NCBI RefSeq assembly: GCF_009834535.1
Contig: NC_045698.1
Location: 13,332,001-13,396,000, forward strand
Direction: 5' to 3'
Length of the DNA stretch: 64,000 bases
DNA from: Camelus ferus
Lineage: Eukaryota
Positions 40,806 to 53,630 of this stretch are shown one piece after another. The notes under the pieces are model-generated. The model did no database searches and was not told the DNA's origin. It saw nothing but the letters and a program-made list of their open reading frames with translations. Position 1 is the first letter of the stretch, and each line of letters begins with the position of its first letter. A program made the position numbers and the translations under genes.

Positions 40806-41810
40806 TACAAATTTACAGTAATCAAGACGGTGTGGTATTGGTGAAAGAATAGACAAAAAGATAAATGAAAAAGAATAGACAGCCCAGAAACAGAGCCACA
40901 AAAATATAGACAACTGATATTTGACCAAGGATTAAAGGCAACACAATGGAAAAAGATATTCTTTTTTTAACAAACAGTGCTAGAACAACTGGATATCCAA
41001 ATGAGAAAAAAATTAATCTAGTCACAGAGCGTACACCCTTGACAAAAATCAACTCAAATGGATCTTGGAACATATATAAAAATGTAAAACAATAAAAAAC
41101 CTAAACAATAACATAAGGGAAAACCTAGATGAACCTGGGTATAGTGGTAAATTTTTAGATAAAACACAAAGCATAAAATACGTGAAAAAAATAATGAACA
41201 ACTGAATTCCATTAAAATTAAAAATTGCTCTGCAAAAGACAGCACCATGACAATTAGAAGTTAAGCCACCAAGTGGGAGAAAGTCTTTGCAAGAGACACA
41301 TCTGACACAGAACTATTGTTTACGATATACAAAAAAACCTTGAAATTTAACATTAAAAAAATGAAACAACCCAATTAAAATATAAGCCAAAGACTTTAAC
41401 AGACATTTTACCAAGGAAGATACAGAGATGATGAATAGGTACTTGAAAAGATAGTCCACATATATGTCATCAGGAAGCTGAAAATTAAAACAATGAGATA
41501 CCACTATCTATCTATTAGAGTGGCCCACATCTGGGGAATGCTGACAACACTAAATGCTAGCAAGGATATGGAGCAACAGTAATTCTCATTCATTGCTGGC
41601 AGGTACTCAAAATCGTACAGCCACTTTGAAAGCTAGTCTGTCAATTTCTTACAAAATTAAATATACTTTTACCATATGATCTAGCAATTTCACATTTTGG
41701 TATTTACCCAAAAAAGTTGAAAACTTCTGTCCATACCAAAACCTACACATGGATATTTATAGCAGTTTTGTTTCACTATTGCCAAAATTTGGAAGCAACC
41801 AAGATGTTCT

Positions 41811-42254
41811 TTAGGGTGGAAGGGGGCAGGGCCCAACCATTGAAGAAATGACACAGTAATTGAGGATAGGACAAACTAGTTAGAAAAACGATGGCGGAAG
41901 ATTCGACTTCCAGTAGTCCACGAGCCTCACGGTGCACCAACAGGCGCCATGACGGTTCCTAAGCTGACCATAAAAGGTCCACAAGTGGGCGGTGGCCCAG
42001 TTCCTGGAAATCTTTGCTCCTTCCTCAAAGTAGTTGGAATAATCCTCCTACTCATCAGCATATGAAATTACCAAGCCCCCCAAAACTAACAACTCCACAC
42101 CTCAAGGTCGCTCTCTCCCTTGCCTTTTGAGATGGCCCACACTCTGTCTATGGAGCGTGTATCTCCCTGAAAAAACTTACTTTCACTTTACTATGAATTC
42201 TTGGAATTCTTGAATTCTTTCCTGCACGAGACAAGAACCTATTCTCCAGCAACA
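41811..42254 (+). mobile_element. ERV1-type LTR, shorter relative of family A
   Basis: Shares 'gaagggggcagggc', 'gcatatgaa', 'gatggcccacactctgtctatggag' and 'cttgaattctttcctgc' with family A; ends 'agcaaca'; TSD not clear. Confidence 0.85.
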
Positions 42255-42378
42255 AATGGATAAATAAACTATAGAGTATATAAAGACAATTGACTACACT
42301 TTAAAAATTCAGTGCTGAAAGTAAACAAGTTGTTAAATCATGGAAGAACTTAAAATACATATTATTAAGTGGAAGAAG

Positions 42379-42758
42379 TGATGGAGCTAAGAGCAGGCTG
42401 CGCCAAGAGGGTCCATTCTAGAAAGCTGAAAACAACCAAGGCCTGAAAGACTCAGGAAGAACCTCTGAACTTCCCCCTTACTGCCTGAAAGCCTGTGAAA
42501 GCAGGCCTGTCCCTGCAAGAAGCTATCACAACAGAGGAACATAGTAAAGCAGTAGGTATAGTCGGACAGGAGGAGCCTAGCAAAGCCCGTCTGATCAAAG
42601 TCCTCTCCGTGTCCCATTGTGTTTGGGTGCCCAACAAACACTCGTTTATCAAACATTAACTCTTTTTATCTTCCTGTGAATTACTGTTCTTCCCCTTTGA
42701 GTCTCAGACTCCCTATCTCCTCTCCTCTTTATCTCTCTCTCTGTCTCTCTCTCTGTCT

Positions 42759-42800
<42 letters not shown>

Positions 42801-42956
42801 CACCTTGTTTTGCTGTCTTTGGAGTTCTTCATACTTATTAGAATTCCCTGTGCACACATAATAAATTTGATTTTTTTTTTCCCCTGGTAATCTGCCTTAT
42901 ATCATTTTAACTACCAGACAAAAGGACTAAAAGAGGGAAATTTCCTCTCCTGGATA
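42379..42956 (+). mobile_element. ERV1 solo LTR (MER34-like)
   Basis: Starts TG, 3' end 'aataaatttg...taatctgccttat...tttcctctcc'; TSD gaag/gaaa; host L1 resumes across it. Confidence 0.8.
42732..42798. repeat. Compound (CT)n(GT)n microsatellite
   Basis: Read directly; about 18 GT units. Confidence 0.97.
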
Positions 42957-43499
42957 GAAACCTATCTAAAAAAGCTGCATACTGTATGATTCCCACTAAG
43001 TGACATCGTGGAAAAGGCAAAACTATGGAGACAATAGAAAGATTGATGGTTGCTGAGGGAAAGGGAGAGACACAGATTGAATGCAGAAGATTTTTAGGGC
43101 AGTGAAAATACTCTGGATGATGTTATAGTGATGGATATATGTCCTTCTACATTTGTCCAAACTCATTAAATGTACAACACCAAGAGTGAACCTTAAGATA
43201 AACCACTGACTTTGGGTGATTATGGTATGTCAATCTAGGTTCATCCATTGTAACAAATGTACCATTCTGGTGAGGATTTTGATAATAAGTGAGGCTATAT
43301 ATGTGTGGAAGCAAGGGATATATGAGAAATCTCAGTACTTCCCTCTCAATTTTATTGTAAACCTAGAACTGCTCTAAAAGATGAAGTCTTCAAAAAATGT
43401 AATTTAAAGGAAGCTTAACAGAAAAACAGGGGAAAATGCCAACTTTGAAAAGGCTTACTGAGGGCTAAGAGAAAAAGATAGGAGAAAAAATATATAAAT

Positions 43500-45020
43500 A
43501 GGTAATTTTTGAAAAATACATAGAAAATTCTAAATATTTGGCACAAGATTTCACAGAATATTTCTACCACATTGAAAAATGCTATTTAAATAACTCGGAT
43601 GGAAGAAAGAAAAGCTCCTGTATTATATTCATAAAATGAGCCTAGTATTAACAGCTCAATCCAATAAGAATTGAATTAAAAACATATACCAAAAAATTCT
43701 CAGATGAAGTGTTAAATAAAATCCAGTATTAGCAAATAAATCTATTTTATATATTACCCAGAATAGAATAATTCCCATGAAACAGTGACTTTTATTCTAA
43801 TAAAGACAAAAATGGTTCAATGTTAGGCAAACATAGTATAATAATTTAATCTAATTAACCAGAGAACATTAACTGTCTAGGCAGACATTGAAAGTTAGAA
43901 ATAGACACGTATACTTTTGGGAATTGTATAAAATGGGAAGATTTCAAAAGGAAAAGTTGAACTGCTCAATAAATGGCATTGAAGCAACAGGGTAGATAAC
44001 TGGGGGAACTGTAATTCCAATTTACACAAGCATAAATTGTGAATGGGTGAAATAATTTTAAAATAAACCCATAAAAGTACTTGAAAGATATGCAAAATTT
44101 TATTTTATAAAGTCAAAGTAGGTTAAGGAGGTTTAACTATATTACAAAAATCCTGAACAGAAATATGCAATATAAATGTGTTATAAAAAAACAAAATAAA
44201 AAGACAAAAATTGTGTATGCCAAAAAACAACAAATTGGGAAATGTTACAAATCTACATACTAGAGTAAAATTGCAAACTTCTTCATTTTATAAAATGCTC
44301 ATGCAAATTCATACAACTATGACTGAAATCAATGTAAAGTAAGTAAATATTTAAGCAGAAATTTTGACAGAAATAAAATACTGATAGCTTTTAAATATAG
44401 AAAAAATGTTCAGACTTCCTTAAAATAGAATCAAAGTAAATACAAATTTGAAGACTGAAATATTTTACCTATTGATTGACATGTTGCAAAATTTTTATAA
44501 CATGGTTTCTTAGGGGTTCAGTATCACCTACTGTTGGGAATATAATTTTTAACAGAACTTACGGGAAACAATCTAGTACTAGCAAACAAAATTACAATAT
44601 GAAGATCCTGTGAGCAACAATTCTATTCTTCAGAATTCAGGTATATGCATTGCAGAGAAAATTAAATATGTTAAAGGTTATTATGCATTAGCATAGAAAG
44701 TTCATAGTGAAAGACTGTATATAACTTAAATGTCTACCAGTTCAGGATGGCCTAAATAACTTGTGGCACATCTGTAAAATGGAGTACTATTCACTTAAAA
44801 AATGAGCAAATTCTTTATATGGAAGTATCATCAAGATATATTTAAAGTGAATAGAAAAAGATGCAGAAATATATATGATATGCTACTAGTTTTGTAACAG
44901 AAGCTAAAGATTTTTAAAAGTATTTACTTATACATGCTTAAAATAATTGGAAACATAAACAAGAAACTAATAAAAGCAATAATTTGGGGAGGATAATAAG
45001 TAGATTGGGTGGACTAAGGA
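43500..45020 (+). mobile_element. Decayed L1ME-like element
   Basis: A-rich; 'caataaatggcattg', 'aacttaaatgtctacca', 'aaatggagtactat'. Confidence 0.7.
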
Positions 45021-45039
45021 GAATTTTTACTAAATCACC

Positions 45040-45087
<48 letters not shown>

Positions 45088-45090
45088 TAT
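45040..45090. repeat. Compound (TA)n(CA)n microsatellite
   Basis: Read directly. Confidence 0.97.
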
Positions 45091-46994
45091 AAATTTATAT
45101 ATCTGTTTAATGTTTTAGCTACTCAAAAGCTGAATAAAATTATATCAGGGGAGATTCATTCCAATGAGTGGAATTTTTAAAAATTCTGACGTGAATAATT
45201 AGGCTTATATATTATTTGCTGACTAAGAGATGGAATGAATGCCTAAAACACTTCACTGTTCTCATAATATTTTGTCTGGGCAATTGATGGAAATAATGAA
45301 AAAGTTAGTATCTTAAAAAACTGTTGTGTGATAATGTATAATTATTTGCTACTTAAACTGCATCACTTGAATTTTTATCTTTTATAAAGTCATTTAAATC
45401 AATATTTGAATTTTAGTGAAAGGGAGGGGAGGAAATAGCTATTCATCCCTAAATTATCCTTGCACACCTCTTTGTTAATATACCAAGGCATCCAATTTAT
45501 AACACTAGGGGTTATGGAAACTTCTCTATTTGACTCACTATAGATAATCAGCTAGCAACTAAATCCTGATTATAAAAATCTCCCCCACGGTATGTGTGTG
45601 TATTAATTTTTTTTTAATATTAAGTAGATTTAAAGACTTTTCCTTGTTCTGCCAAGGCTGTTACATCATTAATTTAGTATTCCATCGTGTATATTTCATT
45701 GCAAAGTTTGCCAGGAGCATCTCTCGCCCCTGATGCTTGGGAGGTTCTTCTGGGATGGGACTATGAGTTTTCATCACTGTGGGCTTGGTAGGCACATAGC
45801 AGAGGGAGTGGCAATAATAGTTCGTTGAATAAATACATGGATATAAGATCTATCGCATGAACATGCAAATGAATGCACTGTGAATATTAAGATAATCATA
45901 TTGGAAATTCCACTCTACTCTTTTCTTTTTTGGATTCAGAATAATTCTTACTTTTCTAACAGCGACATGGAGATGACTAAGGGTTTAGTCCAAAGCACTT
46001 ATCTCATATCATATCTATTATCCAACAGCAGGAGGCCTTGAAGCTATGTATTTTCAATTACTCTATAATTGCAAACATTTCATGATTGAGTTCAAACTGA
46101 AAAACATGATTTTTCATGGATACAAAGTCTTATCATTGCCAAGGTAGAGCCACCCCTGTGGCTATATTCAAACAGTCTTCAAACTCTTTACATTAAGAAC
46201 TGTTTTTCATTTTCAGTTAGAGATGCTAAGAGGGGCAAAATATTAATTCAAGTGTTTTTCTTCTTTGTCATTATATTCATGATTTGTTGAGATGGAAGTT
46301 AGAAACAGGTAAATAATAACCCCTAACAGAGATACAGAAAACTCCAAGAAGTTGGGGAAACATGAACATAGTGATTTAGGGCAAACAAAGCACTTTATCT
46401 TCATTCTCTGCTTAGCTCTTAGGGAGCTAGATAAATCCAAATAAAAATACTTATTTGCATATGAATGGGTATTCTTGTGAATCTGACATTCTTGTGAATC
46501 TGATCCCTCTCAGAGACAGACCTCATTCAGATGGACAGGCTTACACTAACCATACCTCCATTATAAAAAGTTTCCAGTTCTATCCTCCTCGAAATATAAA
46601 ACTATACTACACCAAGTATGCTTTGTGTATTTGGTAAACTTCATTTGAAAGTATATCCAATTATGAAAAAGGCAAGAAATGGACTTCAACCCAAATTTTT
46701 TAGCATATCATTTAAAATTCCAGTAGGTCATATCAAACTATTTGATGACTTCAATAATAAAAATACTGATTTTTAAAAAATTCAGATATGACACAGTTTC
46801 CTTTTTAATCTTCTAAAAATAGAAGTATTTTAAAAATGATGAAAGTAATTATAATAAACATGTAAACAAATCTTTAAAAGAGTGTTTACCATGTCTCTGG
46901 CAGTGTGCTTAACAATTCATGGAAACTATCTAATTTAACAAGCTCTTTAAGGATGCTACCATTACTACTTTATTTTACAGATAAGGATATCAGT

Positions 46995-47995
46995 CTCTGA
47001 ATTATTACCTTCCATTCTCCCCTAAACCAATCCCAATCAAGCTGTCACCCTAACACTCCAAAAAAAGACTGTCATTGCCAGTGTCACAAATGACCTCCAC
47101 TTGGAAAATCCAACGTGAACCTTAAATTCACTTCCTATTTGGTCTCCTTGCAGCATTGATCATATAATACTTCTAAAAAAGTCTTTATTTATTTTAGGGA
47201 CAACACATCCTTCTGTTCTTTCTTCCTTATAGCCTCTTCTTACATTATTTATAAGTTCATGATCATATCTCCAACCATTTAATTTTGAAATAGATGATCC
47301 TGGTTTAGTTTGGGGTCACTTTTGTTCTTTATCCATATTTGTTCACTTGGTTACTAAGTCTTATCCCACAGGTTTAAATATCACTTAAATGCTTAGGACC
47401 CCCAAATTGTCTCACTCGTCCAGACCTCTATCTTGAATTCCAGACTGAAAAAGTAACTAACTATTCAGTATTTTTACTTTCACATTCAATTGACAATCTC
47501 ATATTAATATGCCCCAATGTGCACTGCTGGCCTTCCTATAAAATCACCCATTCAAAATCTGCTTTTATTGCAGTCTTCCATATTTTGTAAAAACAATCAG
47601 AAAAGTTTAATATCTTATAGTAACCTATGATAAAAGAAAATATGAAAACAAATCAATGTATGGTGTGTATGACTGAAACATGCTGTACACCAGAAATTGA
47701 CACATTGTAAACTGACTGTACGTCAATAAAAAAAAATGTACAAAGAAGCTCCACCCTTCTATTGACATAAGTGAGACTACTTGAATTTACCTCAACTTTT
47801 GTTTGTTTCACACCATGTGTCAAACCCAAAAGGGAATCCAATTAGCTTTACCTACATAATACATCCGCAATGTAACTGGTTCTTTTCACCATTACTGTTT
47901 CTCACCTGTCAACAGCCTGATGCATCAGTTTCCCATCTTCATGTTCAGTCCAGAAGCCATGGCCATCCTTGTCAAACATAATTGAGAATATATGA
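46995..47995 (+). mobile_element. L2 fragment, interrupted by a young L1 tail
   Basis: 'gtcacaaatgacctccac', 'ggtttaaatatcac', 'ccagacctctatcttgaattccagact'. Confidence 0.8.
47606..47737 (+). mobile_element. Young L1 3' end (same family as 40253-40805)
   Basis: 'aatatcttatagtaacctatg...gctgtacaccagaaattgacacattgtaaactgac...caataaaaaaaaa'. Confidence 0.9.
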
Positions 47996-50599
47996 TTCTT
48001 CAGCTCTGTACTGTTTCGCCTCCCTCGGAAAACACATGCCCTATTATTTTTGGCCCAATAGCACAATATTTAGAGGTAAAAATTTATGTTTTATTTCATA
48101 TACACAAATATTTTAGGCATTTCAGCATCTCTTCCCTTCAAATATTTATCACTGGTCAGCACAAACCTCAGATCACTACAGCATCTTCAGCAACCAGAAA
48201 CAAATTCAATATAATATCATTTTGAAATAAGGAAAGGCTTTTGATGAATTCTGCCATTTTCAGAAAAACTATCTGGAATCTTATTCTCACAGTAAGGGAA
48301 CTTCTTCATTTTCCCTTCAGGTGATCACTCTGATCCCACTCATCCTTGCAGAAAAACTCCCTTCAGGGAAGAAATAAGTAGTGAGATATACAAAGCCTTG
48401 TGATTCTGCATTCCCCTATTTTATTTTTTGGCATCTGCAAGCAAAAACAAGGACACTTTCATAAATGTATGTTTCATAAATAATTTAGGAGAAGAAGGAA
48501 CACCTTTTTAGATACTTCTGTTAAGTTACCAGGAAATGTCTTTCAATACTGTTTCTTACAATTTGTATGCAAATACTAAGAAAATCTAATCCTTTTAAAA
48601 TATGTGTATTTCCAATAATTTCATAGGGGCAAACAAAAAAGTGGTTACAATGTGGGGGTGTAATTGAAACAACCCAAACAACAGAGCCAAGTAAAGGATA
48701 TAATGCCCTACAGATATTAAACAGTTGATATGTGAATGATACTGTTCTATATGTTTATATGTATTATCTCATTTAACTTCAGCAAGAATTATTAGAGCTA
48801 ACAATTAGACTCAATTGTGCTGATTCTGAAAACAAGGATCTTAACCACTATGTAACCATTCTAAAAAGCTATTGATTTCAATAACAACTTTGGTTTCTTG
48901 AGCAAGTTGCTAAAATAACTGTGCCCCTTGGTTTCCTCCTCTGTCATAGGTTTATGATCATTGTATCTATGGAATTGCCTGAGGATTAGATGAGTGAATA
49001 TATGAAATATCTTAGTATTTACAGATTGAGAATGTAAAACATATAAATATTAAGGAGGAAAAGGAAGTAAAAAAGAAAAAAGATATCTTCTTTTAGGTTC
49101 CTTAAACATTAGATATCATTAAAATTTCACTTATGCATGCATATATTTATAAGGAAGGAGGGTACGTGGGTATTAAGGTATAAATTAAGTGCTTCTAATT
49201 AGAATTGTTAGGGTTTTCCTTAATCAGAGAATTGCAATACATTTTACTTTGTGAGCAGGCATGACCTCATTTAGGAACACTGTCAAGAAATTTGTTTTCA
49301 GTCATTATAATGGAAATTAAAAAAAAAAGAAAAGAATAATCACTTAACTTCAGCAGTAGTTTTAAATATATTTCATTTTATTATCAGCCTTTAAATATCT
49401 ATTTTGAAAGAGTACATCTCTGATTAACATAAAATCAAGAAGACGTTTGATAATTAGCATTCTATTAACAGGGTTTTTTTTCTTTTTTCTTTTCTGCAGG
49501 TCAGGCTCTTGCAAGCTCTGGCAAATTAGTGTTTATTCAAGATTTAATGCCATTGTCAATTCAGATTCTTTAGCTAGAAAAGGCAAATGTGATTTCATTA
49601 ACCTGAAAACCTTAATAACTAATTAAAATCTCAGCCTTCTGGCCAAGTTCTGAGACATTTATTCTATTTAACTCAGCAACCAAATATTGTTAGTCACTTT
49701 CTTCTGAGAAAGGTGACGGTAATTTATTGGCACTATAAGGGTGTTTTATAATCTGAAACCTAATCAGCCTTAACAAAAGATTTTGTACTTGGCACGGCTC
49801 AAACATTTTGCTCAATGACTTACTAAGAAATACCACCTTCTATTGTATTTCTGCCCTAATTTACTGCAATGATTTTGTATGTCATGTATTTATTCAGTTC
49901 ATATGTTTCAGACTGAAAAAATGTAAAATAAAAAAGCTAAGTATTATAACATGAATCTCTAAAATTTACTCATATATATTAGATTATAAAACTAAATAGG
50001 TTGTAGATTATCACTATTTCTAAATTGAATTGGATTAACAGATATATGAACTGAAATCTTTTTATTCTATAATTGCTTATTCTTAATAGACACATGAATT
50101 GAGCCTGTGACTGAGAGCATGAGGCTATATAAAAGACATAGGTCAGGTGTACAATACTATTTTCCTAAATTTTGATTTGGCACACTGTCAGTAGAAAGAA
50201 TGAAATTGGTGGGATGGCTACTGGATTTTGGAAATATATCATACATGTGATAACATTAAAGTACTTAAATCATCACTCACTATGTCTAACTATATTTTTT
50301 ACACTTCCCAGCAGTATTTGTAAAATTAATAGAACCTTCTTAGGAAGTTAATCTTCTTAGAATACACAATAAATTGGTATTCTCCTACTTTAGTTCATCT
50401 ACTCTTTCAAAATAATTATTTGTCAACCATGAAAATCAGCAGGAGAGAGAGTTTATGAAAGGAAGTTTAGATATGCATATGTTGTGCCTCTGAGAGACCC
50501 AGTAAGTTATGAAAGATTTCATAGATAATCATGATTGTCATACAATGTCATTTCAGTGACGTGAAGGGGTCAAAACCAGTTGGAATAAAATAGCATTGG

Positions 50600-51700
50600 T
50601 TGATAAATCAGTTGGTTCATTAATTCAGTTTATAGGTTAGATGGCTCCTATGAGTCCCTTATTCATAAACTCACATTAGACTACTTTTTCAGGCAATTTT
50701 CTTGGTAGGGCATATACAGTGATGAGCAAAGGAAGATCCAGAGAGCTTAGAGTCCCACATGGAAGACTGCCATTAACCCAGAATTTCCCCCAATTTTAGA
50801 CAATAATTGTGGTGAGAGCTGGCTACAGTGATGAGTTTGTAATAGAGCTGTTGTTTTGCCTGATTCAGTTAAGTTTCCTCTGAAGAAGTGGATACTTTAA
50901 GAGAGATTTTAGGACTCACATTGGGCATACCTGGTGAGATTTTAAATATTCAAAAAAACTGAAAGGAAGTTCAAGGATGATTCCTGGGTTGTTGGTTTTG
51001 AAAGCAAGATGGATGTCAGCATTAACTGCTGGAAATAATAAATATCAGAAATTGACCACATCTGTGGAAGGTTATAAGTTTATTTTCGGATATGTGTTAT
51101 ATAAATATATGTGTTACATATGTATAAAATATTTTGATATAAATAAAAATGTGGCAAACTGCAGAAATATGTAGATATGAACTTCACTAGGTATCTGGCT
51201 TCAGGAATCATTAGAGAGTAATCTGTATGTAAGTGATAATTGAATCTTTGAGTGTAGAGAAGTTCCTTTGGGACAAAAAAATAACTTGAGAAGACACTAG
51301 GTCATAAAGTAAGTATTGAAAAACTTCGATGGGGGAGAGATAAAGTATGAAAAGATAGTAGAAAAGAAACAGAAATCATCTGAAATACAAAAGTGAAGGG
51401 AAGAAAAAGTTCAAAGAAAGAGGGTGTACTTATCATTGTTAAATGCTGATGAGAGGCTCAGTACCAAGAACTAATATTTTTTGTTGTTGAAGATAATGTA
51501 TGATACAGTTTTGATGGAGTGACATTACGGAAGAGTCATTTCAGCAAAATGAAAATGAACTCAAGGCTAGTTTGGAGTATAAGGAATGAGAAACAAGACA
51601 ACACAGTGGGACTGAAAACTCTTTTGAGAACTTTAGTGACACATAGGTAGGAAAAATAACTTAGTACTATACAGAGCAACATCTTAGAAAGGAAAATAGG
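50600..51700 (-). mobile_element. Decayed L2
   Basis: 'gttcaaggatgattcctgggtt', 'ttgttaaatgctgatgagaggctcagta'. Confidence 0.6.
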
Positions 51701-52329
51701 GCCCTAGGAATTGCTTTCATTTTAATGGACAAGACTTTGTTTTTTGTTTGTTTGTTTGTTTGTTTTTAATTTGAGGGAAATTATTACACTAAATAAGAAA
51801 AGTTTGAACTGACAGAATGAAGAGAAGATATGTTTGATAATGTACATTTCTTATACTTTGAATAATTTGAAATTCAATGAACAGATAAAATAATTTGTTT
51901 TTAAAGAATAGGAGATACTGGTGTTCTAGTGTAACAAAGCTGAGGGTTTAAGAAACTGGTTTTAAGTTTAGTGTTTGAAATATGAAGCCACTGTAATATT
52001 AAATTACTGGGTTTCTCTAAAATATTTCTTGAGAGTGAGTATATATTTGATGGTGGCAATGGAAAGGACGAATTCTGATACTATTTCAGAAAGTGGAATA
52101 CAATGAATATTGTTATTGAAGGGACTGGGAGAGAAAATAGATCAAAGAGACATTTTGGAATTGTTGGAGACTTCTGTGAATGATATTTTTTAGACTGGTG
52201 ATCAATCATGGCAATCAAATGAAATATTTACTATAATACCAAGGAGTCAGAAGCACCAAGAGGTAATGATGCCCTATAAAGGATATAGAAAGTAGTGGAT
52301 TGAAGGACAAAGATGAGATTTTGTTTTAA

Positions 52330-53400
52330 TTTTAGGATTGTAATTGTTTATTTTCTAATATAAAAGTTTTATGTTACATAACAATACACACCTACAAGTA
52401 AACCAATTTTTAATCAACATGAAAGTGTAACAGTATTTTGTTGAGTCTAATGATGCAACCATGTTTATATTTCCTTGAATTGAAAATGTCCCTTTGGTTT
52501 TTCTCTAGAGTTGATATCTGCCGGATATTTTTATTTTAGTATTCAGACATACATATGGTTACTCTTTCCATCTCTCTAGTACATCTACACTAGACTAGTG
52601 CAGCTCTACTAAACCCTATCTTCTAAATGACTAAGTATAATTTTATATTTCCTCATGAGGTAGCCTTCTGGCAGCCTCTCCTCACCTTAATCCAATCAGA
52701 ACTCTATTTTCAGTGACTTTTGATATATTTGATAATCCTTGACTTTGAATTGCCCCCTCTTTCACTGGATCCTTATTCATGTATCCATGTCTTCTTTTTT
52801 GCTTATTCTCTTATATTGATGAGTAAGTCTGAATAATTTCATCAGAAAAAATACATATAAGAAAAAAATTTTACATCTATCATCTGAAGCTATGAACTGG
52901 ATATCCAGTTGATTCAAGAGCTTTGTTTAAAGTGTTGAAAAAAAACTTTATTTGGTGTATGTGTGTGTGTGTGTGTGTTAACCATGTAGTTGTAGTTATT
53001 TTCCTGGACTCTCTGATTTGTTCCATTGATCTATTTATGGATCCTTCCTCAAACTTTCACACTGTCTTTATAATGTCTTAAAACATATATTGTAAATCTT
53101 TCATATGTGTACTTCCTTTAAAAGATGGTTTTGCTGTTTTCAGTCCCTTAAATTTCCATTTATATTTTAGAATCAATTTGTCATTTATACAAGAAAAGGT
53201 CAGAGTTATGATTGGAATTGCATTGTCTATAGACCAATTTAGGGAACTTTGAGAATATGTGTTTATATATTCTCAGGTCAAAACTTAATCAAGGAATGTC
53301 CAATACTGCTGAGTTGGATATCATAATTTTTATAGAAATACTGTGAAAATGTCTCTCATTTTTACCCTTTTTAAACTATAATTTTATAGTAGTTAGATAT
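52330..53400 (-). mobile_element. Old L1M fragments
   Basis: 'ctggactctctgatttgttccattgatctattt', 'tttagaatcaatttgtca', 'attggaattgcattg'. Confidence 0.65.
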
Positions 53401-53499
53401 GCATTTTCTTTTATAGTAGGTTGAGTGTGAATGGGGCAGATAATTTGTCTTTTTCATTTCACAGATTTAAAATTGGAGAAGAGTGTACTCAAGAAAGTT

Positions 53500-53630
53500 C
53501 ACCGGAGGATCCTCACCCTGATTCCCAATGATTCATGTCCCTCTCATTTGCAAAATGTGCTCATTCCCTCCCAAGTTCCCCAAGAATGTTGCCCAATTAC
53601 AGCATCAGTTCAAAGCTTCACAGTTTTATC
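53500..53630 (-). mobile_element. MaLR internal-region fragment
   Basis: 'attcatgtccctctcatttgcaaaat...cattccctcccaa...cagcatca' resembles antisense MLT/MST-int. Confidence 0.6.

Larger units (their letters stand above)
40810..43398 (+). mobile_element. L1MC1-like element (ORF2 3' part plus 3' UTR) with two nested LTRs
   Basis: 'acagtaatcaagacggtgtggtattgg' through 'tgtacaacaccaagagtgaacc' and 'gtaaacctagaactgctctaaaa'. Confidence 0.9.
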
